A DNA stretch of 64,000 nt. Origin: Octopus sinensis (Eukaryota). Below, in pieces: positions 38,501 through 53,020 of this stretch. Within the stretch, counting starts at the first letter, position 1. Each line of letters begins with the position of its first letter. The DNA is taken from contig NC_042999.1 of assembly GCF_006345805.1 (NCBI RefSeq), positions 138,198,001 through 138,262,000 of the forward strand, written 5' to 3'. The translations under genes and the position numbers were made by a program. The notes beneath the pieces are model-generated. The model was given only the letters and a program-made list of their open reading frames with translations. It searched no databases and was not told where the DNA came from.

Positions 38501-39312
38501 TACCAACCAGTCTTCAATGAATTGGACCTTCCATTTTTGTGCATTGATGGAAGGGCTGACACCTTGTGCATTGAGTAGAAATGTGGAGGTTAGTGTAGTG
38601 CTGGTTTTTTGACTGTTGCAGGGGGCTTGGATTTTTTGTGTGTGTTAGTGGCAGCAATGTTGGGAAATGGTGCACTGGGGTAATAGCATAGGATGGCGTT
38701 GAGTGATGGCTAGAATATTTTTGTGTATCTCTTTTGCCATGTTCAACATGGCTAAAAAGATTTTCCTCTGCTTAGGGAGCAGTTTTTGGCTGGAGGTGTG
38801 GTTGCACTGTTGGATAGGGTTGTAGTTTCCACTTTTGTTTTGTTGTGTTTTTGTGTCTTCTTCCTGAAAAGACTGGGCCAGCATTACTGCAGCATGGTGT
38901 GTTTTTTATTTTTATTTTTATTCAGGTTTGTGTGTTGGCTTGAAGCCCCGTTTCTGTTTGTGCGTCGGGTCCCTGGAAGATGAGTGAAGGGACAGTCACT
39001 CAGCAGACTATTCTCTCACGTTGGGAATACCGGCAGATTTTGGGACTCCGAGTTGTGTGTGTTTTGAATTTCGATTTACTATTTGGTGGTGTTGATGTTT
39101 TGTGGATGCGTGCTTTGGCCTTGGCCGGTAGTGCGTCTAGTGCCAGGTAGATGCGTGAAGATGCAGTCACTATTTGTGCAGAGTCTCTGGCGCAGCGAAT
39201 AGCGGCATATTTTTGGGGGTTTCTTGTTTGTGCCGTGGGGGGCGCATTCTGCTTCGTATGTTTCTTTAAGTTTTTGTTACTGCAGTAGTATTGAGGTGGT
39301 GATGTGGGGACA
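35548..39312 (-). mobile_element. CR1-type LINE, near full length, frameshifted (APE endonuclease + RT, putative short ORF1)
   Basis: EN: LLNAQG, FILTETHL, RADRIGRRKGGTAIF, MGDFNLP, LLSDH. RT: YRPISLTS, QHGFR, YLDFSKAFDRVDH, GVPQGTVLGPLLF, FADDSK, RDLGVI, LEYCCPLWSP. 3' tail TATCAAG/TATCAAAG repeats. Confidence 0.92.
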
Positions 39313-39659
39313 TATATATATATATACATACATATATATATACATATACATATATATATACATATATATACATATACATATATGTATATATATACATATA
39401 CATATATATATACAATATATAATACATACATATATATATACATATATAATATATATATATATACATACATATATATATATACATATATATATCTACACAC
39501 ATATATTTATATACATACATACCTATATATATATATATATACATATATACGTACATATATATACATATATACATACATATATATATACATACATATATAT
39601 ATACATATATATATATATACAATATATATATACATATATATACATATATATATATATAC

Positions 39660-39722
<63 letters not shown>

Positions 39723-39781
39723 CATACATATATATATACATATATATATATATACATATATACATACATATATATACATAT

Positions 39782-39855
<74 letters not shown>

Positions 39856-39856
39856 C

Positions 39857-39904
<48 letters not shown>

Positions 39905-39923
39905 TATATACATATATACATAT

Positions 39924-39968
<45 letters not shown>

Positions 39969-40110
39969 ACACTGATACATACGTATATACATACACACAC
40001 AGTCATACTCACACACACACGCACATATATGTATATTCTATACATATAAAAATACAAACACAAACACGTACGTGTATATATATACACACATGTGTGTGTG
40101 TGTGTGTGTA
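39313..40110. repeat. About 800-bp compound (TA)n/(TACA)n/(CA)n microsatellite
   Basis: Directly visible; source of the longest pseudo-ORFs in the track. Confidence 0.95.
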
Positions 40111-40724
40111 ATTGGGATAACATAATGAAGTCACCCTAAATAGGCTATTATCAATTAAGATTACACCTCTAGTACAATTAATAAGCATTCTATATGCCCT
40201 TCATGCAGAAAGCGTCTAGAAGAATTTTAAAAAAATGTTTTATCAATGAATTATCTTCACATTAAAAGTATATTCCCTTCGAATTACACGCTATGTGTTG
40301 ATTGTGTACTTCGCTGTGAAAGTATTACCAGAACATATCCGGAGTGGTCACTATACACACCTATTATCGGACTCAATCTCAGTCTACATTTATTTTTCAA
40401 TTAAATGAAATTTATTGAGTAGTTTTTATTACTGCTAACGACTTATCTTTTCATTACGTTTTTGCTTTCAATTCATTAAATATACTTTTTGCTTTGCTTA
40501 CTGCTTATGACAGCCTATCAAAGGGGATGTCAGCGTCAATCCAAGACATTCATCGCCTAAGCCTCAGGCACATTGTTTGTCATGAAAGCGGACGTGGCTG
40601 ACAAGATTGGCAGATCCTGTGGAACCAGTATGGTACGAAGTAAATGAAGGAAATATATATGTATGTACGTACGTACGTGTGTGTGTGTATGTGCGCGCGC
40701 GTGTATATATATATATATTATATA

Positions 40725-40759
<35 letters not shown>

Positions 40760-43748
40760 ACATTATATCATTACGGTCGATGTTCCAGTGGGTAGAGATG
40801 TAATGGACGCAGGTTGTTTCCGGTTGGTCTTCGGTTCCTGATCTCAGTTATTTCTTTACGGAATGCAATCTCTGCATTTAGTTGACAGGTGAAGCCTGAG
40901 TTGCTCGGAAACCATACTTGAGAGTTACATTCCAATCTACTCCAAACAATAATTTCCTAGTGTCTCAACATTACAAGGGATCTCACCCACTGAATGTTCT
41001 AGAGTACCTGGTTAGTTGTTAACAGTATTTAGATGTATTTGAGGCACGGTGACATTTTACGTAGAGGATCCTCCGTCTTTAAAGACAGTATAGAACTGTG
41101 GAGTTTAACATGTTATTGTCATTCATTCAGTTATGTAAGGCCCACATCATTATCTTAGTGTTATCTGCATACTTACTAAGTATACTTTCTGTCTACGTGT
41201 CTACGTCTAAAAAACACATGACAAAGAAAGGCAGAGACTCTAAATTGGTGTGGATTTTTCGCCGTCATTCGATCCGATCTTTCAGGAAATCAGACACCCA
41301 AATGCCAAAACCTCTTGTGCACTTTTGCTTGTACCATGATCGTCTCTGTCTTAAGGCTTTGGCAAAATGAAGCATTTAACCCAAGAAATGGATAACCGGC
41401 TCTATAGAATTCGGTTTAGTTGTTGCAGAAGCGGAGACCGTTTTGAATGTACTTTTGCATTTACACACACACATTTTCTTTAGTGTGTATGTTCATAACT
41501 TTTTGAATATTGAGCGCTTAGTGTATGGGATGATATTCGGCGAGGTATAGTTTCTCGCGGTAGACAGTGGAAACATGAAAACTTTCGATTTTTGTTCAAG
41601 TGCGGAAAACTGCTGAGCCTAACGTCTTCCGCATGTATGTACACTTTAGTGAAAGGTGAATTCTACCCTAGATTTCTCATGAGAAGACCAAATCTCTATT
41701 TTTCCTAGTTGTCACAAAGTAGATTTGCAGCCATTAGATAATGTGGTTTATCTTTCCATACAGAGTTTTAGATAATCACGCCAGCTCCCACACGGTTTTC
41801 ATACATTAGTATGAGTCAACGAGAGATCATCTTTGTGATAGCTTCTATATGCCAGATATAGCCGCTTAAACCTGTCTTAAATCACACTCCCTCGTTTGAT
41901 CCAACTACAGAGCATCGAAAATCAAGGGACGACATAACATAGATGCAGCAATCTTAGATACACTATACTTGAATAAAAGCATAATGTATAACTTTCAAAA
42001 GAAGGAAAGGCATCGTAACAATATTGAAGACAGTAGCTTTTTTACAGTTGTTGGATCATAGTATACGATCAAGTATTTTGTGATATTAACTGTTTAAGAG
42101 AGAACCGATTTGTCCAATTCATTCTCCTTCTCAACTAGAACAACAGCCAATACATTAACAAGAAACATTTATGCATGAAAACAATTAGAAATGAAAACAA
42201 ACACGTTTTTTTTTTAAACAAAATATATAGAGATATATCGATTCTTTTATAACAATCTGTACAATATTTACAACTCAATTACTGAGATACTTTATATAAA
42301 ATAACATGAAGACATTATAATGAATTCCATCTGTATATTAGTGATAATTTGGAAAGGCTGTAATTTTCCCCAGAAACTATTTTTTGAAAAAATCGTATGT
42401 TCAGTCTTAACAAAAAAAAAAAAAAAAATGAATTGATAAACAAAATATTGAATAATTAAATGAATTTCTGATTGTTGCCTGATAAATAGAGGAAATAATT
42501 ATATGTACATATATACAGACACACCTACATATAAACAATATGAAATGAAATGAATATATCGCGTAACCTCTACAAGGTGAGATACGCAGCAATGAAGACC
42601 GACTTCGAGGAAGGTGTGTGAAAATAAGTCAATCTGGTGGAAGTGACATCTCTTTTCAGACTATATTATGCTTCGGCCAGAAATGATAGGCACAAGGCCG
42701 AAATGGTAAGTAACAAGCTCAACCAGCAATCCAAACCGGGTCGTTGACACGGCTGGATATGCATATACATACATAATTATTTATTGTTATTTTTTCATCT
42801 TTTACTTTGTAAAAATCGAACCCAGGAGCATTTTTCTATTAATCACATTTTAAGAAAGACTTTGTCACAGTTAAATTAAACGCTTTTCTTTTTTTGTCTC
42901 TTTTACTTTTAGGATGTGATGTTCAAAGCACAAAGGTTCTCACACACACATACCTTAAAAGTGATTATAATTGACTTCAGATTAAATTAATTACAAGCTA
43001 TATATATATATATCGTTTTAGTTAAAAGTTATTTTGTTAGTTATTACAGAACAGATATTCTGAACTTTAAGACTGTTATGTCAGCTCAAATTTTCGAGAT
43101 TTGGATGGTGTTCGATGAGAAGTGTAACCAAAATATATATTTTATTTGAGCAGGCACAAAGTTAACTTTTATAACAGAAAGATGGTTTAAAGTCAATTGA
43201 AATGAATTCGATACATTAATAGTATATAGATTTAGCAAGCTTCTCTACCCTGGCTAAGGGCAAGATTGTTATTACACAGTAAAAAGAATGCATGCGGCTC
43301 ATTGCTGAACAGTTTAAGAGCCAGATCTACTGACATAAAGGGTAATGACTCTGAGTCAAGTTATACAAAATATGAGAAAACAACATGGTTGATGATGAGG
43401 AGGCTTAGATGCCCTAATCAAATGATAAAAAAAATAAAGTTGTCAAATTACAAGCCCAAGAGAGATTATTTAATGGATGATAACAGTAAACTGCAAATTG
43501 CAAGGGCCTGTGATGATGGGAATGATGCAGACAATGAGGAGTGTGTTGATTTTATTATATAAATGTCAACTTTACTGTGGAAATGAAATGTTTTCACATT
43601 TAGAAATAAGGATTTCGTCAGGTAGATGCACAATGAGAGACTTAAGTTCAATGGGAAAAGTTGCACGTCATATCTAGGCAGCTTGACGTAAATGTTGACC
43701 CATCTAAAATATTAAAAAAATAACAAAACAAGGCCAAGAATGTATATA

Positions 43749-43788
<40 letters not shown>

Positions 43789-43837
43789 TACATATACATA
43801 CACATGCATATACATACATAAATACATACACATGTAT

Positions 43838-43881
<44 letters not shown>

Positions 43882-45183
43882 AAGATAGTTGACAGACTGC
43901 TATTTCATATGCAATATAAAACTATTTCCTCTGTTAGGATTAAGACAAAATAACGGGAGATAAATGTGTAAAATAATTTGTTTCTTTGAATTTTTAAAAA
44001 TATATTTCATATAAAAAAAAAGTTTCATAAATATATTTTGAATATATAATTTATTTTTAATAGTTTTCTTTTGTTCGACTATTTGAGATGTAAGCTTTCA
44101 GCAATGAACACTTTTCATTTAAACAAATGTATTTTATTATATATTAGATTTATGGCTAACTAGTTACAAAAAGAAAGTTGCTTCTTTGACTTGGTGCAAA
44201 CAAATTGTATACAAATATTATTCGATTGTGCATGTGTGTGTATACACAGACACACACACACACAGACACACACACACATACACACAATTAAGTCGGCATT
44301 TCCTTCAATCTTTACTGCATTAATGTACATACACATATGGTGGCGTTGTCTCACGGCTAAGAATTATCATATCATTCGATTTCTTACATCTTAAGACGCA
44401 TTGCCACTCTGTAGTGGGGTCTCGTTATGACGAAGACAAACACCACGAACCTAGATTTCACCCCTAAACACAGACAATTAAAGCAACTGGAGAGGCAAAT
44501 AGAGAACCGCTGACCCTTCCAGCCATACTGTGGTCTCCACGTGTCTTCACGATAGAAATGGATGGTGTTTCATAGCCAAACATGTGGTTCCAAAAAGTTT
44601 GAGTCCTGATTTGCGTAAGAAGGATTGGAGTAGGTACGTAACAAATGCCAGCGAGTCAAATCTTTACAGTGACAAAATATACCTTTCTTCAGCAATACGA
44701 GCGTTACTCTCTAAAAGGTTTGAAACCGTTTAGCTAGTATTGAACAAAAACCCCCGACGGCCAAAAGATACAAACACTGCAAGTTTATAGTCAAAGTGTT
44801 CTTTACATACATATGTAAATACCCATACCGTATGTAGATGCACACGCTACTGTATGGCGGTTGACTTCCCCGTTCTTGGACACGTTTTGCTCTTGCATTT
44901 TTTATCACGTAGCATGTTAAAAACCCTTCTCATCACCAAATTGATTAGGTGGAATTGATACACCAGTTGCCGACGGGTCGTCCAGTCACAAGTTGTGCTG
45001 GCTTATAGATTAACAGTAGTAGGTTACAGGTTGTAAGATATTTAACCTGACACTCGTACATACATCCACATAATGACATTACATGCTACAAGTGTATGTA
45101 TGTACTGTACATACATATATATTTATATATATATACATTCATATATATATATATATATACATACATACAAATATACATAGACA

Positions 45184-45237
<54 letters not shown>

Positions 45238-46582
45238 TACATATATATCCATATACATATGTATATATATATATATCCACATACATACATACACACACAC
45301 ACATACATATATATACTAATGTGATAAGAACGGTATGGAATGAACACATAGGCTTGACTTGCTTTACCACAAACGTTTCTTGAATATTCATTTGCATACA
45401 TGATTACACCAATCTCAAGAAGTACGAAGTTTAAGCTTGTTTGGCTGTGCTGAGTTAAGTATCAAATTAATTAATGGGAGGGGTATAACTTTTAGCAACT
45501 TCCTGCCAGTCTGTCTACAAAGCAAAGTTCTATTCTTTGACTTTTCCTCACGTATTAGTTTGTTTGCTATTTTTGTTGTATTTTTCCCTTTATTTTTACA
45601 AGTATACAAATGTGTGCCTTACAATATATCCTGTTTCGATGCTATTACCAGCCAAATGCGGCCTAGACTCACTCAGATTATGTCAGTCAAGCAGCATTTC
45701 AACACTGCATTTTGTTTTATTATTGAAGCATTTTGTATATTTGCTATTTTAAGACTACTTTTCATTTCTTCGTTTTTTTTCTTTAATATAAATAATACTT
45801 TCTGTTTTATCCCACCCCCCGAAACTTGTCTTATCGAGTTCAATATTTCCTTTCAAACCATATTACTTTATATGTAAAGCACTGCAAATAGAGTATTTTG
45901 CTAAGAAGCTGAACAGCGAAGAAGGAAAAAAAAAAGCTTACAGTTAAATAGTTCGTAAGAATTCACCCTGAACAAAATGTCAATCTGTTTCATGCGTGGG
46001 ATGTATGAAAATATATAAATAAAGGTCTCACAAAACAATTTTGATCATGGCAAGGAGGGACTTGCCTATGACATCATTGGGATGTTATACTGGGGATGGT
46101 AAAATTATAATGTGTAATATTGGTAAAATATTACTGAGGCTTTTCATTAATGAACGTCAGACAGATCAACAAAACTGATACAGTTCTGCAAAAAACTGGA
46201 AACGAACCAGGTATTCCAACCCTAGAAATTGAAACGTAACGAACACTAGGGCAAATTGAAACTGGTCTCTCGCCCTGTCTTGTCTTTCTTTTCACCATTG
46301 CCCATTGTCTGTCTTTCTTTTCAGCAGTGATATAGTTAAGTAAGTGTGTCATTTTATTTACAATTGCGATTTTAAATAACGATGGTGATGGTGATGATAT
46401 TCTTTATAACAATGCAAATAACGAATATGAGGATGAAAACTATGATAACCATGAGGTTGAGGGTGATCAACATGTATATGAAACATTCTCCCGTGTATTG
46501 TTTTACACCCAAGTCCTGACTTTCATAACGTACAAAAGGACCACTTTATTCAAAGGCAACGACGTACTATATATATTATATA

Positions 46583-46652
<70 letters not shown>

Positions 46653-46714
46653 TTTAAGAGTTCTAACATTGGCACAATGCAAAGTACGTGTAGGGGAGGA
46701 GTACAGATGATTGA

Positions 46715-46858
46715 ATCGACCCCAGTACACGTTTGGTACTTGTTTTCGTCCGACTCCCTGGAGCGGAGTATAAGGCTCGACGGTACCTGAATCCAGAACG
46801 TAAAAGAACGTAACGAAATACCGCAAGGCATTTTGTTGAGCACTCTACCAATTCTGTC
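46715..46858 (-). mobile_element. SINE family B, old copy
   Basis: ATCGACCCCAGTAC..TGGTACTT...CAGAACGTAA..GAAATACCGCAAGGCATTT. Confidence 0.65.
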
Positions 46859-47183
46859 ATTGTCGTCCAAATAATAATAATAATGATTATCACTATTATG
46901 TCCGCCAACAATCAAGTGTCTATGCAGTTGAGTTTCTGTTTTTTTATCTTTCCTTCTGTCGGAATTTATCAATAATGAAACGTTTCGTTTCAGTAACACA
47001 GCCGACCAAAGTTATTATTATTATTGTTATAACCACCCTTAATACTATAATATAATATAATATAATATATGATATAATATAATAATAATAATAATAATAA
47101 TAATAAAGTCATAAAAACAAAAAAACAACTGAAGTTGCACAAATAATGAACTGTGGTTGGTTCGGTTATTTCCCTGAGCTGTT

Positions 47184-47542
47184 TTACAACGACATCAGTT
47201 TCACGTTGTAATCTGGACTGTCGTCTGTTTCTTCCGATCTGTCTTCATCTGAGTCTTTCTCATCGGGGCTACTTAAAACGGGCGAAGTTTCATGGTTGCT
47301 AAGTGTTAATAGTTCAAGACAACTTTCGCTGTCACAGTTTAGAGATTTTTCAAAGTCCAGCAATTGGCCCATGAAGTTGATGTTCGGTGAAATGTTCGGC
47401 TTACATTTTTTCACTCGGTCATAAGCATCGTTCAAAGTAATGGACATCTTTTGCATAAGATAGGCAACAGTTACTGTTACGGACCGGCTAATTCCAGCCA
47501 AGCAGTGAACTAGAACACCGTAATCTTGTGAAAGACCTTCCT
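47184..47542 (-). CDS. DUSP7: DUSP6/7-like phosphatase terminal coding exon, distal tandem copy
   Basis: Acceptor ttttcag|AG; (E)[60 protein letters not shown] with the catalytic HCxxGxSR motif; stop at 47184. Confidence 0.85.
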
Positions 47543-47920
47543 CTGAAAATAGAAAAAAAAAAAAAAATAAAAATAAATAAATAGATGAAGAAAACACAAC
47601 AATGATACATCTCTTTTTATTGTATTAAAATATAAATAAATAAATAAATAAATAAATATAAAAATATAAATATAATGTATAAAATAAATTTGCTAGTTTA
47701 AAAGTTTTGAATTGATTATCTAAGTATCTTACGATCGTTTCGCAGATGAGTTGTCCCCACAATGAAATCCTATATTGATAAGCATTTATAGACAACTCAT
47801 CCGCTCTTCAGAGATATAATAATAATAATAATAATATAATAAAGTCATAAAAACAAAAAAAACAACTGAAGTTGCACAAATAATGAACTGTGGTTGGTTC
47901 GGTTATTTCCCTGAGCTGTT

Positions 47921-48279
47921 TTACAACGACATCAGTTTCACGTTGTAATCTGGACTGTCGTCTGTTTCTTCCGATCTGTCTTCATCTGAGTCTTTCTCAT
48001 CGGGGCTACTTAAAACGGGCGAAGTTTCATGGTTGCTAAGTGTTAATAGTTCAAGACAACTTTCGCTGTCACAGTTTAGAGATTTTTCAAAGTCCAGCAA
48101 TTGGCCCATGAAGTTGATGTTCGGTGAAATGTTCGGCTTACATTTTTTCACTCGGTCATAAGCATCGTTCAAAGTAATGGACATCTTTTGCATAAGATAG
48201 GCAACAGTTACTGTTACGGACCGGCTAATTCCAGCCAAGCAGTGAACTAGAACACCGTAATCTTGTGAAAGACCTTCCT
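47921..48279 (-). CDS. DUSP7: DUSP6/7-like phosphatase terminal coding exon, proximal tandem copy
   Basis: Same translation as 47184-47542; phase-compatible with the donor at 59237 (G+AG = Glu). Confidence 0.85.
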
Positions 48280-48555
48280 CTGAAAATAGAAAAAAAAAAA
48301 AAAATAAATAAATAGATGAAGAAAACACAACAATGATACATCTCTTTTTATTGTATTAAAATATAAATAAATAAATAAATATAAAAATATAAATATAATG
48401 TATAAAATAAATTTGCTAGTTTAAAAGTTTTGAATTGATTATCTAAGTATCTTACGATCGTTTCGCAGATGAGTTGTCCCCACAATGAAATCCTATATTG
48501 ATAAGCATTTATAGACAACTCATCCGCTCTTCAGAGATATAATAATAATAATAAT

Positions 48556-48621
<66 letters not shown>

Positions 48622-48875
48622 GCACACACACACCACTTTGCGAATAGAACGAAAGCAATAAGCTTGGACATAAAATTCTTTCTTTTTGAAGGGATTAAAA
48701 AACTTTTCCCAATTGTTCAACTGGATAAAATGTAAATTTTTAAATATTCGTGCAAACTATGTAAGATTATAGATACATATGTGCTTTATGATAACCACCC
48801 AGGGAGTGTTAAAGACATTGGAGGGTGATGTGTCTAGAGATAGATAGATAGGTAGATATAGAAGGAGTTAAAGAT

Positions 48876-48948
<73 letters not shown>

Positions 48949-49256
48949 GGAAAGAAGTATTATGAATGTACGAAGTCTGAACATGTTTGGAAAGCTGCAC
49001 TGCTTGCTTATAGTCACCACCACAGCTAGGCTGCTAATAACAAATCAGCAAGGCTATATATACTACTAACATATCATATGTGTGTGTGTGTGTTTATATA
49101 TATATATATATAATATATATAATATATATATATATGTATGTATATATATATGGACAGATATATATTATTATAAATAATTTTCTGAACTACTAACCACTTT
49201 ATGAAGAAACTTAATGCTCTCTCTCTCTCTCTCTCTCACGCGCACACACACAAATG

Positions 49257-49287
<31 letters not shown>

Positions 49288-49456
49288 ACAATAGAGAATG
49301 AACGAGATAGAAAAATTCTTGTTCTTAGACGTTTCATGGATACACCTTAATCTCTTATGACTCATAGTAATTTTTTCTTCTATATCTAACAAATTAGCAG
49401 TAAATACTGAGCTCCTTCTACCACCACCACCACCACCAGCACTACTGCTACCGCTA

Positions 49457-49487
<31 letters not shown>

Positions 49488-49639
49488 GAATGTGGCCTTA
49501 TGCCGTAATCTTTTTTTGTGCGAGTGTGTGCGCGTACAAACAGGGGAATGCTTATTTTTTTTCTTGTTACTATTATTAAACTATTACTACCAATTCAGAA
49601 ATAGTAATGGTTTCCAATTCTGGATCAAGGCCAGCAATT

Positions 49640-50870
49640 TTGAGAGAAGGGTTATTCGACACTATCACCTTCAGTAATTGATTGATATTTTATTTTATTG
49701 ATTCCAAAAGGATGAAAGGTAAAGTTGGCCTCGGATTTGAGTTCAGAACGTAAAATAACCCGGACATATATCCTAAAGCATGTCAACCGATGCTCTAACG
49801 GTTCTTCCAATACATTCAATAATAATTCTTTCTAAATGTGGCACAATGCCAGCAACTGGCACTTGTTTCATCTACCCCGAAAGGATGAAAGGCAAAGTCG
49901 ATCTCACCGGAATTTGAACTCAGAACGTAAAGACAGACGTTAAGTATTTTGTCTGCCGTGCTAATGATTCAAACAACTCGCGATGATAATGATTTTTTAA
50001 GCATAAAGCAAAAGGCCTCAAATTATAAGGGGTAAAATAGGTATAGGCGATAAGAGAGTTTCCATTCGTTACTTTATTTTATCGGCACCGGAAGTAGGAA
50101 CGGCTCACAGAGTTGACCCCGTCGAGAGAACCCCAAATAGTATTTAAAACAAAGAGGGCTTTCAGCTTTCATTTGAAGTTATCCAGTTTGTTATTTATCT
50201 GTTTTACCATCTTCTGCTGCTATAAATACAACTTATTTATTTAATGAGTAAACCAGTTTCTTATCTCGTCCCTTTAAAAGAAAACACTGAGTATTATTTC
50301 TACTATCAAGAAAAACTGATGCAAGTAACAACAAATCTAGCGTTTCCATTACAAACATACAAAAATAAAATTTGAAGGCGAAAAATAAGAATGGTGTGAT
50401 TAAAACTATGGCAAAGTTGTTAAGACTAAGATTGGGTGTTCTTTAGCTCCAGGACAGCTCTAATCAAAAGTGTTCCAGATATGGCCATCTCTTTCTTTAT
50501 TATTTTTCTTCATAGATATAGTACTAGTATATCTAGGAATATATTTTACAACGTGTCCTATTTCTCAGATTTGAGAAAAGTTTGGCTTTGTGACAACGTA
50601 GAAGAGCCTTTGTAATAGTTTGAAGAGCTTGAAAAAAGCTAGAAAATGCCAGTAGTGGTGGTCATTTGTTCACAAACCTCAATAAAGACGATTTCTCTTT
50701 AACACAAGGTCGAAAACTGTACATGAGTATTATCGACCAAATCGATGCCAGCAATACTTCACTGGCACCCACTTATCGATTTTGGAAGGACGTAAAGCAA
50801 GCAGTGTCGATCTAAGTAGGATTTGAACTCAGAACAGATTGTATGTAAAAGGACGTAACTAAATACTTGC
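49640..50870 (-). mobile_element. Cluster of old SINE family B fragments in the DUSP intron
   Basis: AAAGGATGAAAGG(T/C)AAAGT at about 49707 and 49880; GAACTCAGAAC at about 49915 and 50825. Confidence 0.6.
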
Positions 50871-51499
50871 AAAGCTAAATGTAATGCCGGTAAATAAATA
50901 ACCATGACCTGCTTTTTTCCTTCTTTTGCTCGAGTTTCCGAGGTATATATACATTCAATTAAGTAGCAGCTTCATCTACCTCCCCCTGCCTCATCTATTT
51001 CCTAGGTGTTATAGTAATGCGATGGGAGGACTGGAACACAGAGTAAGAGAAGGCGGAGATGGGTGGGTGGATAGAAAGAAAGCGAGGTCATCATGTCACT
51101 GCGTGAGTGAAAAGAGAGAGAGAATGATTGATAGATAGATAGATAGATAGATAGATAGAAAGATAGAGAAGCAGTGAATTCTACAAATACATGTGCGTGT
51201 ATGTAAAGTTTTACCCCTTCAATGTTGTGCAGCAGCGATAGTAAGAGGGTGAGGGGTGTAAAATGAAATGAGAGAGAGAGAGAGAGGGAGAGAGAGAGAG
51301 AGAGAGAGAAAGGAAGAAATGTTTAGGAAGGAGGAAGGCGAGAAGAGTGGAATGAGGTGGAAGAAACAGTTTAATATGTGGGAGAGATATGAAAAGTAGA
51401 TAAGGATGTGTGAGTATATCAGATCGCGCGAAAGCCAGCGTAAAAAATCTGTATAAAAGTTTGTGCGTGTGTGCAGGAGAGAGATAGAGAGAGGAAAAT

Positions 51500-51541
<42 letters not shown>

Positions 51542-52034
51542 ACAGAGAGAGTGGTGTGAAAACAGCAGCAGCAGCAGCAGTCGATTTGGCTTTCCAGGGG
51601 GAACCTAGACTGCTCTGAGTTATATTTATTTCTTTATTCTTTTTTCCTGTTAGCTCTTCTTACACTGCCTTTCGTCAAGTGTTCGACATTTTACGTATAC
51701 ACACCATTTCAACAAATCCACCCGCGCATAAGAGTATCAGAGAGAAAGAAAGAAAGAAAGAAAGAAGCACAGAAACAAAAATCTCACCCATATCCTTCCA
51801 CACAGCCACCCACACAATTATACACTGCGAGCATGCCTATACTACCAGCTTCCTGTCTAACATTTATTCTAGTTCAAAACGTTTCTCTTCAGGGGCTCAT
51901 ATTTCTTTCTTTTTAGTTTTTTCCTTTCAAGCAAATAAGTTCTCAATCGAAAATTTTAGTTCTCTTTACACTCACTTAATAAGTCATATATATGTATATA
52001 TAATACATACAATATATACATATATATAATACAT

Positions 52035-52073
<39 letters not shown>

Positions 52074-52242
52074 TATATATATGTGTGTATATATATAATA
52101 CATATATATATAATACACACACACACATACATATAATATATATATATATAATACATATATATATTATATATAATATATATAATATATATATATATAATAT
52201 ATATATTTAAAGTAAGTTTATCTTAATATAGTATATATATAT

Positions 52243-52430
52243 TCTTTTCTTTGTTTCAGTCTTTTGACTGCGGCCATGCTGGAACACCGCCTTTAGTCGA
52301 ACAAATCGACCCTAGGACTTACTCTTTGTAAGCCTAGTACTTATTCCATCGGTTCCTTTTGCCAAACCGCTAAGTTACGGGAACGTAGTCACTAGTATCG
52401 GTTGTCAAGCGATGGTGGGATACACACACT
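52243..52430 (-). mobile_element. SINE family A 3' half
   Basis: CTTGTTTCAGTCTTTTGACTGCGGCCATGCTGGAACACCGCC...GGTTGTCAAGCGATGGTGGG. Confidence 0.85.
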
Positions 52431-52489
52431 CACACACACATTCACGCGCGCGCGTTCACACATCCGCAACTTTCATGCTTACTATGGCG

Positions 52490-53020
52490 TTCTCCGCCTC
52501 GACCGGACACCAGATAGTCGCCTCCGGCTATTGCACAGCCTAAAGTTTTAGGCCCAATAACGCTGGCACAGTACCTCACAGGCCCTCCCCACCCTATTGA
52601 CATGATCCAAAGAAAAACTAGAACAACATATCCAGAGCCAGTATGGTTACAGGCTCAGAAATGTGGGGGGTACCATGATCTTAAGCGCATGGAGAAGATC
52701 CCCAAAATGTCCAATGCCATACTCTGCATATCTGGTCTTATATTTGTGCGACCTTCTCCCAGAGACATGCTTCAACAAAAGCTAAGCGGTGCCTCACTCC
52801 CAGTGGTCTTCCAGCACATCGGACACCAGCTCAGTATTTCTGAGAGCCTGTGTTATTGCATGAAAGTCGATAAACCTACACTATGTTCATTTGTCCTTTT
52901 GACAGGGCTTGCTTTTATTTCTGCTGGGTTTCTAGCAACCCTCAATCACCAGGCAAGCCTCACAATATATATTCGAAGGGAGCCCCAACATGGTCGTAGT
53001 TTCTATTAAGTTCAGCCACG
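52490..53020 (+). mobile_element. Possible old CR1-type LINE 3' fragment
   Basis: Weak peptide traces (QYGYRLRN, KIPKM, VDKPT, TLNHQ) and a terminal GCCCCAACATGGTCGTAG resembling the CR1/SINE A end motif. Confidence 0.35.

Noticed and set aside
39224-40123. Long ORFs of 220-295 aa and the many [12 protein letters not shown] ORFs elsewhere
   Set aside because: They are translations of microsatellites, not proteins
42660-42705. 46-nt plus-strand mini-exon (ttttcag|...G|gtaagt)
   Set aside because: Only the splice signals support it; no partner exons or ORF were found
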